This document shows positions 12,291 through 23,605 of a stretch of DNA of 64,000 nucleotides, piece by piece; positions within the stretch are counted from its first letter, which is position 1, and the number at the start of each line of letters is the position of its first letter. The stretch comes from Chiloscyllium plagiosum. Its lineage: Eukaryota. The DNA lies in contig NC_057718.1 of the NCBI RefSeq assembly GCF_004010195.1, forward strand, positions 77,140,079 to 77,204,078, in the 5' to 3' direction. The notes under the pieces were generated by a model that was given only the letters and a program-made list of their open reading frames with translations, ran no database searches and was not told the DNA's origin. The translations under genes and the position numbers were made by a program.

Positions 12291-13534
12291 TTCTCATGCC
12301 TGCCTAGGACCTGCATCCTAGGACTTGCTTCCAGAGTTGGTGGGTATGATTCTGATGCCTACATGCAACCATTCCTTAGGGCAAAAATTGCGTGTGGTGA
12401 GATATCATTTTAAACTGAGGCAGTTCTCTCATGTAGGGAAATTTCCTTACTCAAATTGCCTTCCTCGACAGGAAAGGTCTAACTACGGTGCAAAGTGTAT
12501 ACCTACCCCCAGTGAGTTTCAATTCTCCATCTTGGATGGGGTTGAAAATCAGATTTCCGGTTTCCTCTGGTGCAGGATTATTAGAACCCATTAAAAGGAC
12601 ATCAGAACTGACAGTATGTGATAAAGATAGAAGCCAGCCGAGGAATATGGAACATTCTGAAAGGTAATTGTAAAGTATTTTCACAGCTTCAATGTGTAGG
12701 TCTTTATTTCCACTTTCTCTAGTTCTTCAGGTTTACTCTGGGTATCAATAACCCAAGACAGTTCTAACCACAGAATATAACCAATGTCTTTATTAAAACA
12801 AAGTACACTACAAAAAAAACTGTAAAAATATTACCTATAGGCTTACAATCACAAGTGAACCCTTGGCTGAAGATCAGATGAGAACAAGTGATCAATCTGC
12901 TCTATCTCAATTTTGCATTGTTGACCAGTTGACCTTCCCTGAGCTAGCTAATTTTTTGCTGTGAGACAAGTTTGTTCTTTCCTTATTCTTTCCATGTAAA
13001 GAAGTTATGTATTAACAGTCTTTAAAATTTTATTTCATAGATCCTCTTGACTTGCCTCATTGTTGTTTTTACTTCCTAATTTCTTAGCATGCTCCAAATA
13101 TCATACTTCCCTAATGTTTATCTACTTTGTATATCTTCATTACCATCAATTTTACTGTTATATCCCACCATGATACATAATTAGTGACTAGCTTGTTTGT
13201 ATTTTTAAAAGAAGTTTTATTTTCCTGGACTCTGTCAACCTATGTTTCCAGTTCATGTTGTATTGGCAAAATTGTATGATAATACTGTTGTCCATTCTAT
13301 TTTCCCAAGTTCTACTCATGACCCCTCAAAATAAATCTATTATTCTGATTTCTGTCACACTTGTGGACTTCCCTTTTTAAAACCTTGTAGCATAATATAA
13401 TTATCACTAACATCTAGATTTTCCCCTACTTTTATCTCTACTTGATGGAAAGATTTCTCTCCTCCCCTCAATAGAAGGGGCTGAGAAGATGAGTTATTTG
13501 CTTAGAAAACTGCAAGGGTTGGTAATATATTTTG

Positions 13535-13748
13535 TGGGGGAAAGTTTAGCTCAGTCTGATGCCAAAAGTGTGGGTTCAATTCCTATCACTGGCTGAGGTT
13601 ACCATGAAGGACTTTCCTTCTCAAACTCTCCTCTCATCTGAGGTATAATGGCCCTCAGGTTAAATCACCACCAATTGTCTTTCTAATGAAAGAGGAGTCC
13701 TATGGTCTGTTAAGACTATAGTGATACAATGCAATGCAATGCAATACA
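13535..13748 (+). mobile_element. tRNA-derived SINE with (caatg)n tail
   Basis: A-box-like tagctcagt, B-box ggttcaattcc, microsatellite tail. Confidence 0.6.
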
Positions 13749-14125
13749 TTGTACTGATACAGTTGCCTGTTAATGCTATATCTGATTTGGTTGCCAATTT
13801 CCAAAATGAGTGAGGTTATAAGAATTGGGACAAATATCATGACACTTACCAAGAAATAGACAAATGTAACATGTATTAGATATTTCTAATCAGCATGTTT
13901 AGAGACGTTATGGCACACCTTTGGAACAGGTATGACTTGAACCCCAGTTTCCTGGCTAAGCTGTTTGGAATATAAATCTTTAAACATTTCTGTTACAGTA
14001 CTTCAATAACCATTGTATATTTAAGATCTGTGAAATTTCATATTTTATAGCAGCATTAGTTGAAAAAATCATAATTGATATGCTTTAATATTCTTGTTAT
14101 AAACTCTTTGGGTTTTGTGTGATAG

Positions 14126-14236
14126 GTGATTCGATGGCTGAAAATTCTATTTTGGTGCAGCATTTGTCTAATGAGAAACCTGAGATACATGTTTCCAGAC
14201 TACAATTGCAGATGGAGGAGGCAGAAACAAGTCTAG
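14126..14236 (+). CDS. CENPJ: CENPJ-like exon B (111 nt, phase 1-1): GDSMAENSILVQHLSNEKPEIHVSRLQLQMEEAETSL
   Basis: Acceptor ttttgtgtgatag, donor TAG/gtaaga, open frame, phase-compatible with both neighbours. Confidence 0.75.
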   Translation: MIRWLKILFWCSICLMRNLRYMFPDYNCRWRRQKQV

Positions 14237-14659
14237 GTAAGATTAAAAATCAAGTTGTTTAAAGACAAAGGGAATCCTAAATGTTTGTTTTGAGGTACTC
14301 TCCCCTTTGTAGAAGTAAATACTATACTTAGCATCAATTTCTTCTTGGTCAGATTCATTTATCACTGAAGTTAAAGAACAGCTTCAGGACACATGCAGCA
14401 ACCTCCCACTCCATTGACCCAGCCAAAAGGATGACTAAAATGTCAGAGATTGCTGGCATGCACTAATTTTCCTCCTAACTTTCCTTGACACTGATCTGGC
14501 TTTCTTAGAGCCAGCTCTCAGAGTGAATAGATCTTTTTACAATCCTTTATGTATCTGTCAGCCAGGACTCTCTGATTGGACCAGATTAACAACCCCAATC
14601 AGGACACTGATATTCTGTGAGGTCAACCTTGCTGACCTTGTTACAAGCACTATATACCC

Positions 14660-14884
14660 TATCCCTGACACCCTGTACAACCATGGCTAATCATCCTTGG
14701 ATATTATCGGGCAATTTATCTAACTAATCTGCACATTTTTTAGACTTTAGGAGCAGCTGGCAGAAATACACACAGATTCGGGAAAATGTGCAAACTCCAC
14801 GCAGGCTGTCACCCAAGATTGAAATCAAACTCAGGTGCTTAGCATTGTGAAGCAACAGTGCTAACCATAGTGCCAGCATGCCAT
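14660..14884 (-). mobile_element. Degenerate HE1/V-SINE-type element
   Basis: aatgtgcaaactccac core and tRNA-like head, similar to 45823-46128. Confidence 0.7.
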
Positions 14885-15984
14885 TCAAGGAGACATGAAA
14901 AGTTTGAACTTTTTAGTTGGAACTGAGAAGACATCTTATCTTGAAGATTGTAAAAGTTGCTATATGCTTTTAACATTTTAAGTTCGTTCGGTTGAAAAGA
15001 CAGAAATGAAGATTGACAAATTAAGCGTAATCACAGAAAAAGTGAAGGGACAAAAAATGCAGAGAATGGTTAGAACATGTAATTGTCTCCCAGAAACCTG
15101 GAGGTGAGACCATAAATACTTGTAACAAAAAAGTAATTGAGTGGTTTATTGAAAAGGATAAATAATAAAGGCTATTGGCAGGGAACAATATAGTGGATTC
15201 AGAATATATGCAGAAAAACATCAACAGAGACTTTATTAGCTCAAAGACCTGCCCCATCCTTGGAATATTTCTGTCTTGTATTGCTTGACCAGCTTTGCCT
15301 CATTCTGCTATAATCCAAGATATATTGCATGGGGTTATTTGCCTTATTCCAAATGCCTTTTCTTTGCTGTCATAATTATTTGTTTCTGCTCTCTTTCTGA
15401 AAATGTTGTATAGTTCCTCTGTTGTTCGGATTCTTCTGATATATCACAGAACTAACCATTATTCATGTGTGAACCTCAACAGTGATTTACAGAGACTAAT
15501 TTCAGTTCTGTTCTCACAAAATACTTAGCTTCCTTAGAGCCAGCTCTTGCCAGTAGGGTTGCTGAATCAAAATAAGGTGCACAATCCATTAGCTTGGCTT
15601 TTTACTTTTCTGAAAAAAACTGATGCTATTTGTGGTATACCTGCCATTCCTCTGACTGAGATAATTTAATGTTGAGCTCAGTAGGTGTAAAAACTAAAGA
15701 AGTTCTGATGTGACTCATTTACTGACTACATGGTCTCTTGGGCAATTATGTGTCTGTGTGTGGATGTGTGCAATTGTAAATATACATCTTTTGGTTAACT
15801 GTCCATTGCCTGTCTATTGAAAATCCAAGTTTATGCTGTTCTTCGTTTAGAAGCTGAATCTCCATCATTTCTGATCTGCCCAATAGATTTTTCAACATTC
15901 CCAAACACCCCAAAGTGTTTTGAAAAAAGTTAGTTGCATGGTATTCTCCATGTTCTGCTGGAAGATGGCCAGTTTGTGCTTTTC

Positions 15985-16215
15985 TAAACAAAAACTTAGG
16001 GGTAGGTTCTTTACTCAGCGAGTCGTGAGTTCATGGAATGCCCTGCCAGTAGCAGTGGTGGACTCTCCCTCATTATGGGCATTTAAGCGGGCATTGGATA
16101 GGCATATGGAGGATAGTGGGCTAGTGTAGGTTAGGTGGGCTTGGATCGGCGCAACATCGAGGGCCGAAGGGCCTGTACTGCGCTGTATTCTTCTATGTTC
16201 TATGTTCTATGTTCT
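15985..16215 (+). mobile_element. Young-looking 5'-truncated CR1 3' end
   Basis: RFFTQRVVSSWNALP...FKRALDRHM; (ttctatg)n tail; CpGs retained. Confidence 0.85.
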
Positions 16216-16219
16216 AAAA

Positions 16220-16550
16220 CAATCATGGAATGCGAGCATCGCTGGCTAGGCCACCATTTATTTCCATCCCTAATTGTCTAGAGGGCAGTTAAGAATCACC
16301 CGCGTTTCTTGGTCTGACCTACATGTGATTGCAGACACACAGCAAAGATTTCCTTCCCAAAGGGAATTAGTAAACCAAAAGGGTTGAATACCAATTAATG
16401 CCAAGTGGTTACAAGCTACCTATTAGTTTAGATTTTTATTACAGATATTTATTGAATTTGATTTTCCATCCAAATCTACCATGTTGAGATTGAAACTTAT
16501 GTCTCCGGAGCATTCACTCAGAGTTCTGGATTACCAATCTGGTTGTGGAT
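16220..16550 (-). mobile_element. tRNA-derived SINE, family 2
   Basis: Shared core with 31495-31895, 32385-32840 and 54180-54460; tail resembles the LINE end at ~61970-62030. Confidence 0.65.
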
Positions 16551-17447
16551 TTCTAGTCAGTTTGTATTTAAAAACGTTGTCTTCTATCACCAATATATGA
16601 TAGTTGATTTAATGAATAAAGTTAGGTGTATAAGTGCTTTAAAAATCACCTACCTGCTCTTGTAATTGTATTTCTATTTTGAATTCCAGCAAGGTAAATG
16701 TGATAAATTTCTAATTTCTGTAGTAAAGGACAAATATGCCACATGAAATAAGGCTGGCTTCTCTTTGAGTGCAAATCCACAATGCAAAGCGGTTCATTCA
16801 TCAGATCAATTTATCAATGAATTCACATACTTATTCAAGAATGCAAGGTGACATAAGATATCTAATGCATTAATGACTTGTCTAGGAGTAGATCCTCTGC
16901 CATTTTCTACGCCCTCATGGTTTTATGCTTCTTGGTTGCTTGCAGGTGCCTTTTCAATTTCATGTTGTCTAACTCCCCAGTCTTATTTGTCCTCTTGATT
17001 TACATTCGATCTTCCTTAAGTCATCTTCTTAATAAGGGCTCATGTATTAGAATACTCTACTCACTGATAATATTTCCTCCTTCACCATCCTGAGATCATC
17101 TTTACTGATCTTGTCTTATCACAAACTACTTTGTGCTTCCCTAGAGCCACAATTTGCAACTTTCTAGACTTTGGATGGTCTGTTTTCCTCAAGCTTGATG
17201 TTTCAGCCAGGTACAATAAGACATAGAATACAATATAGGATATAGAATGATGAAAAACAAGTAAATTGTTCTGCTCCCCATCCAAGAGCTAAAAAAATCT
17301 GAAACTGGATATGCTTTTCTAATAGATCATGAATTGTTCAAATACTTCAGCCTCTGGACCGACGTGTATTGTTTCATAAAAGTACTTACGATAATGTAAT
17401 GTTGCAGCCACTTAAATGAACTTGAATTAAATCCCATATTTCTGTAG

Positions 17448-17592
17448 ATGAGTGTATTCCTGAGGATGAAAACTGTCCTAGGAATCTTTCTCCAATCAAT
17501 GAGGAAAAAGGTGAACTACAATTAGAGCAACATGCTGTCACTCCATTTGGCATTCAAAGAAATTCCAAGAAACCAGAGGGGCTAGAAGAAAG
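17448..17592 (+). CDS. CENPJ: CENPJ-like exon C (145 nt, phase 1-2): DECIPEDENCPRNLSPINEEKGELQLEQHAVTPFGIQRNSKKPEGLEER
   Basis: Acceptor tttctgtag, donor AAG/gtaaga; splices to 27761 to give EER-PIRPG, matching the CENPJ EERPI motif. Confidence 0.88.
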
Positions 17593-17904
17593 GTAAGAGC
17601 AAAGGATAGCTTATGTTGAATGTTTTCTCTTATATGACATCAGAAGTTTTTTTTAACTTGCAAGCATTTTTGGTTTGTCCTGCATTTTTGTGTCACAATT
17701 TAGCCATACTGTATCTGAAGTATCTTAGTTTGAAATACTTGGAGGGACAATTATTAGTTATTAATTAGATTATAGTTAATACAGATCTATGAATTATAGG
17801 TGACACAATTGTACCAGATGATCTGACCTTGCCCCCGTCTATGTTTTGGGCTTGCAACTCAGACCTGCCCTACACATTTACCTGACTATTCCCATGACAA
17901 ACTC

Positions 17905-18215
17905 AATTAGAAGTGATAGAATTGTTTGAAAGTATGAAGAGGTTAAATAGAGTAAATAATGATAAATTATCTCTAATGGTTATAAGCTTGATAACACAGG
18001 GCAATTGGCCAAACAAAGAGAAAATATAAGGGAGAACCTTTTTAATGCAATGAGCAGTTAAGACTTTGAATGTACTGTCTGACCGATGGTGAAGTAGATT
18101 CATTAGCAGCTTTAAAAAGAGAAAGAGTGGAGAATGGAATTAACTGCTTTGCTCTTCAGAAAGTTGTAAAAGGTTAATGGACAAAATAATCTATTGTCCT
18201 AGCATTCGTTGATTC
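17905..18215 (+). mobile_element. Old CR1 3' fragment
   Basis: Degenerate ORF2 C-terminus and 3'UTR pattern. Confidence 0.55.
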
Positions 18216-18506
18216 TAAAAATTAATCCCAAAGGATGCTTTTCTTTGCTTACTGCTCAATTGCTATTTATGCTGACCCTCTTCATTGCCGTAACCCACAC
18301 TTCTGTTAGCCAACTCCCTATCCAACCATTCAGTATTCTTCAATCTTGCTGCTGTCTTGCTACCTCCCTGGGCCTGCCAGCCTGTTAGCCAAGACCACAT
18401 CTTGTTTCAGCTCTGGCTTATCATGACTAGTAACCCCAATTGTCCCTTTCTTTTATAGTGCATTCACTAGGGATGAATTTACTATTTTTTTTTCCTTCAT
18501 GCAGCT

Positions 18507-19010
18507 CATAGTTATAGAGTTTCACAGCATGGAAACAGACCCTTTGGTCCAACTCATTTAATGACGACTGTATAGCTTAAATTAGTCTAGTCCCATTTGC
18601 TAGGACTTGGACCTTATGCCTCTAAACCCTTCCTATTCATATATCCAACCAGATGTCTTTTGAATGTTGTTATTGTACCAGCCTCCACCACTTCCTCTGG
18701 TAGCTTGTACCATACATGCATTAGCCTCTGCATGAAAAAGTTATCCCTTGGGTTCCTTTTAAATCTCTCTCCTCTCACCTTAAGCCTCTGCCCTCTAGTT
18801 TTGGACTCCCCTACCCCCTGAAAAAGACCTTGTCTGTTGACCCTAACCATGCTCCTCATGATTTTATAAACCTCGATAAGATCACCCCTAAGCCTCAAAT
18901 GCTCCAAGGAAAATAGCCCCGGCCTATTCAGCCTCTTCCCCACAGCTCAAACCATCCAACCCTGGCAACATCCTTGTAAGTCTTTTCTGAGCCCTTTCAC
19001 AAGTTTCATA
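18507..19010 (-). mobile_element. CR1 3' fragment
   Basis: RLRGDLIEVYKIMR...FFMQRLMHVWYKLPEEVVEAGTITTFKRHL. Confidence 0.9.
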
Positions 19011-19024
19011 ACAGCAGTCTCTCT

Positions 19025-19330
19025 CCAGAATGCCTTATCATCCCAGTGCTTTCTGACCTTACTTGACTCCAAGTCATTCAGCATCATGACTTTAACATTT
19101 TCATCATTGTTTTCAACTTTCACATAGTCTTGTCCATTCTTACCTCTCTAATCTAATCCGGACCAACAATCCTGCAAAATATTGGCATCCTTTTCATTTT
19201 GGCCTCTTGTACATCCTCAGTTATTTTACCTAACCAATGGTGCCCTTGCCTTTAGTTGTTTCGGCTCTAAGTTTTGGATCACTCTTTCAACAACTTCTGC
19301 CTCTCTACCTCACTTTACTCTTGTAAGATT
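19025..19330 (+). mobile_element. Old L2-like 3' fragment
   Basis: Degenerate G.AFSC.G.K.W.SL-like ORF2 end at ~19240-19290. Confidence 0.4.
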
Positions 19331-20904
19331 TTTCTGAAAATTAGGGAGAGGTTTTCACTTTCTACATGTATGAACCAGTTTACCATTGTTTATTTGATGA
19401 TGTATGGGAACAGTAAGTGTAGCCAAGAGTTGTAGCGGTGTAGCAGCTTTAAGAACAGAATAGAGGTTAAATGAATTTATGGATAACCTTGAGAAGCAGG
19501 GGATGAAAAGATTATGCAGATTTGATATAGGGTTCTTCACATCAGTGCAGAAAGAATAAAAGATGTGTACGGGAAGCTTTCCTTGATACTCCTGGTGAGG
19601 TCATTAAATTTCGTTCTACAATGCACCTAGAATTTGAAGAAAATGTTGCTCACATTTACATAGGGGCCTTGTCTGATGGTGTCCATTCATTAACTCACCA
19701 GCTGACCATGAAAGGAATAGAAAATCTCACACCTCTTGTGAGCTACTCATTCAGCAAATATTTTAAATTTAGGTACATAAAAACAACTACTATGCAATAC
19801 AATTCTACAAATTCTATTTTAACAGTTGCTCTGAAAATATGTAATTAAAGATTTGAAGAATCATTTGAAGATTTGTTTGAAGACTTGGTAGGAGTTTACA
19901 TTGAACTGATGGTTAACAATTTCTGGTCTCACACATTCTTACAGCATCACCTCCATGCAAAGTGTTTACTTGATAGTAGCTGGGGAAAGTTCAGTCATTT
20001 ACAGCCATAGGTTGTCATGGTATAATGGAATGCCAACATCCTGTGCCAGAAAGTCACCCTGTCCATTTTGATTTTAACATTTAAATTATATTTACAAAAT
20101 GTTAATCAGCAAGTACAGCATAAAGACTAAGGGGATAATTTTAAATAGTAGAAGTATGTTGTACTAAGCATTTCTGGAATAGACTTCATTCTTCACAGAA
20201 CAGCTCACCCATTTGTTTGGCTGTCTGAAAGTTTTGATACATGTCTGAGTTATTGAGTATCTTCCAAGGCACTATTGGATTCTGTACTGCAGGGTTCATT
20301 TATGAAGCTGTGCTAGGTAGACATTGCCCACTTTTATGGCTTAGCTGACTTCCAAACCACTAATAGATTCTGCTGGGAGAGTTTGGTTACACAGCTGTTC
20401 TGGTGAACTTGAGTTTGTTATTTTGACAAATTTATAAGCTTTTAATAAGATAGTTGCTTTCCTAGTACATATTCAAATGATTTGTATGTACTTGGTCAAA
20501 TGTATAATCACCTAAAAGACTTCCAAGTGTTAACTAGACATTGGGTAAGGAAAGGTGAGGTGAGGTGGAGATTGAGGAAAGAGTAGGAGGGTGAGTGACT
20601 CTTACAGTAGTCTGTAAAGATTGTCTTATGTTGCTATGAATGGAAGCTGTCCTTTTACCTAAAACACTGAGAATCCTGGAGAAACTCAGCAAGTCCAGTA
20701 TGAGTCTTCTTCAGAACAGATATCAGTCTGCCTCCATCCATGCCTTGGGCCTGTCAGGAATTGGCCTGACTCCCCTCATCCCAGGAGAACATCCCACCCG
20801 CTGTCATTGCCAGCATAGAGGTGGAGTTACAACATGTAGAAAATTCCGGAATCCAAATTCCCATTTCCATTTTGAAGCTTCAACCAGCCGGCAAGTACAA
20901 CCAG

Positions 20905-21060
20905 CAAGGTGACAAATGATCAAATAAACTGCTTTTGTGATGTTTATTGAGGAATAAATATTGATCTGTACACTTCTTCCAAAAATTGTCATAAGACTTC
21001 TGTCTGCGAGAACAGATGGCGCATCATTTTAATGCCAAAAGACAGCACTGAGGAAGCACT
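20905..21060 (-). mobile_element. Deu-domain SINE fragment
   Basis: Reverse-strand similarity to 50890-51210. Confidence 0.45.
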
Positions 21061-21899
21061 AGGCTTGCGTAAATTACTTGAAACTACAAATATAAGGAAA
21101 CTTGAAGTTTTCAGTTCACTCGTTTCTTTGTGTTTCTAGTTTTGTTCTGGACATATTGGACTAAATCTTACCAGATAAGAGCTGTGCCACTTCTGGCAGG
21201 TTTCATGAAGGATTTCTCTTCATGAGACCAGGCAAGTTCTGTCATGTTATCCTCCTAAGCTTGTCTCAGTAACTACGTGCTATGACCCAATGGCATCCTG
21301 CCTGTATATTCCCCAATTTTCTTGAGGTAGAAATACTCCCTACTGCCAGCACATCCTTGAATTTCCAGCGCCATCTTCAAAGGGCCATTGTGCAGACTGG
21401 AGTTCCCCATCTCTGTACATGTAGTGAACAAGTAACCACAAACCAATGCTTCTCAGGGCACATTGGTGAGAAGATTGCCCATACAAGTCTCACATCTATT
21501 ACTGTTTAAGAACCAAGCTCCACAGCTCACTCATTCTTAGTCATATCCCATCTTACTATGCTGCCAAAGTCAATACTACACTTTCCTAAATCCCAGTGTA
21601 ACCCAACTTCTTGCCATTATTTAATGTGGCACCTCACATACAGGGAAGCCTTCAAACAATTTAAAACATTTGTCTTTATTCAACAACAGTGGAAGCAAAT
21701 AATAAACAGATAAACCAAAGCTGCAGTAAATGAATGATGACTCCACTTGGCTGTCAACTAATTGTACTAGGTTTTTAAATAAGTCTTGTCTGGCTTGTTG
21801 CACCTATCATTGCAGTATTCTACTATGCAGAAGGTGATGTTTGTCTTGCTCAATTTCCTCATCTTCCACCTCATGAGACTGCTACTGCTCTTCCAGCTA

Positions 21900-23020
21900 T
21901 TCAATATTCATTGTATCCCCTCTTTGCCTGTTCCAGTTGTGCAGTATGCAGGACGCAGTTATTCAGCATGCTCTGTCTGGAGTGTGCTACAAGATCTTTT
22001 GAGACAGATCCAAGTTTCAGTACCTCATCTTCAAGAGGCCCATCATCTTGTCCACAATGGCACTGATTAAAGAAGGGGCTATATTGTATCTACATGGTGT
22101 CTTCAGCAGTTGCTTAATGGAGTCATCAGCCATGGTTGCAGACCCTTGTCTCCCAGTAACCAACACTGTAAGGCACCTGGCTCTCCAACTGACACAGCAA
22201 CAAGGGAGTCCTCAAATGTAGGCATCATGGTAGATCCCAGGGTACCTTGTACAGACCTCTAAGATGTGGTACCAATGATTGCAGCTGACTTGCACATTGA
22301 TAGAATGGAACCCTTGCATGAATTCAGCTGCATTTGATATGACACTCATTGTGCAATATGTTGTGGAGGTGCCAGTTTTGGACTGGGGTGGATAAAGTCA
22401 GAAGTCACGCAACATTAGGTTATAGTGCATCTGACAAAGGGGCTGTGCTCTGAAAGCTTATGTGATTTCACATAAACCTGTTGGACTCTAAGCTGGTGTT
22501 GTGTGACTTCTGACTAAGTGCAACATGTGAACAGTCTACTGCACCTGGGGAATCTAGCTATATTGGTAAAGCCTACTGGTAAAGCCCAACTCTGACCTTG
22601 ACATTGGGAAGTAAGATAACACAGTGTGATCTGACACAAATTGTTTTGGTAACAGCCTCAATACATTTGTGGATTGAGGATTGATAGTCTCACATATGGC
22701 CCCAGTAAGTCCTCGGAAGAAGCCAATTGCACAAACGTTTAGTGCAGCTATCATTTTGCCACACACTGGGACAGAATGGCCACCCACTCGTTTAGGCTGT
22801 AGGACTTGCTTCAGCAGGGTTTATTGTCACTGCTGCTTTAGTACAACAAAGGCAAAGAGAAATGGAGGAGGAACAGATGCACCAGCAATCTCAGGACCAG
22901 CAGCAACCTCCAGCAGCTGCTGAACAGCTGAAGAAGTCACTGCTGAAGGGCCCATTAGGATTAGGAGATACAGAAAAGCCCTCAATGCCATTTCAAGACA
23001 AACAAGTCTTGGCAACATAC
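21900..23020 (-). pseudogene. PIF/Harbinger (HARBI1-like) DDE transposase relic
   Basis: Fragments in order: VPVCGKMIAALN, FP(Q)V..DCSHVA, KGFHSINVQVSCNH..ILEVCTRYPGIYHDAYI, WLLGDKG..PWLMTPL, CILHNW. Confidence 0.8.
22362..22517. mobile_element. Non-coding hairpin PLE-derived insertion with a degenerate hammerhead
   Basis: TSD gtgcaa(t/c)atgt at 22351-22361 and 22518-22528; inverted arms; tail shared with 43330 and 27010 elements. Confidence 0.75.
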
Positions 23021-23605
23021 CTTAGCATTACTCACCATTGTGCTGGAAAGTCTATCCCCACAGAGGTGGTGACTGCTGACAACAGCACCCCTTTCCTTTC
23101 CTCCACGGTATCCCATGTCCTCCCATTTACTATCGCCTCCTCCACCTACATGTTAATTTCCTATTTTCATCACTCTTATCCCCTCTGCCATCCAAGTTAC
23201 CTCTAATTCCCAACATTTATTTCTCCAACTTCACTAACACAGAACAGACCCCTAGACCATGTCTTACCCAAAAGGAAACCTGACTATGTCCAGGCCCCTG
23301 ACTAACAGCTGCTCCCCTTAGATTTTGAGACGTGCTCAATTGATTTATGTATTTGCTGCATTTACTGCTGATGCATGCTGAGATTGACATAGCATTAACT
23401 GTACAGCAACATGTCCATACCATGACAGATCACTTTTGACAACCATAATAAGCTGCCTGGTTTTGTGTCATTGCTAAACAGCAAGGTAAGACAGACAGCC
23501 TTTAAGCTTTGGCTGAGACAGGAAAATCCAAGTGAGCATCCAAGTCAGCAGAAAATGATTGAACATTAAGAAACAGAGCAAACTGCCCTGAGATGCTGCC
23601 TGGCC

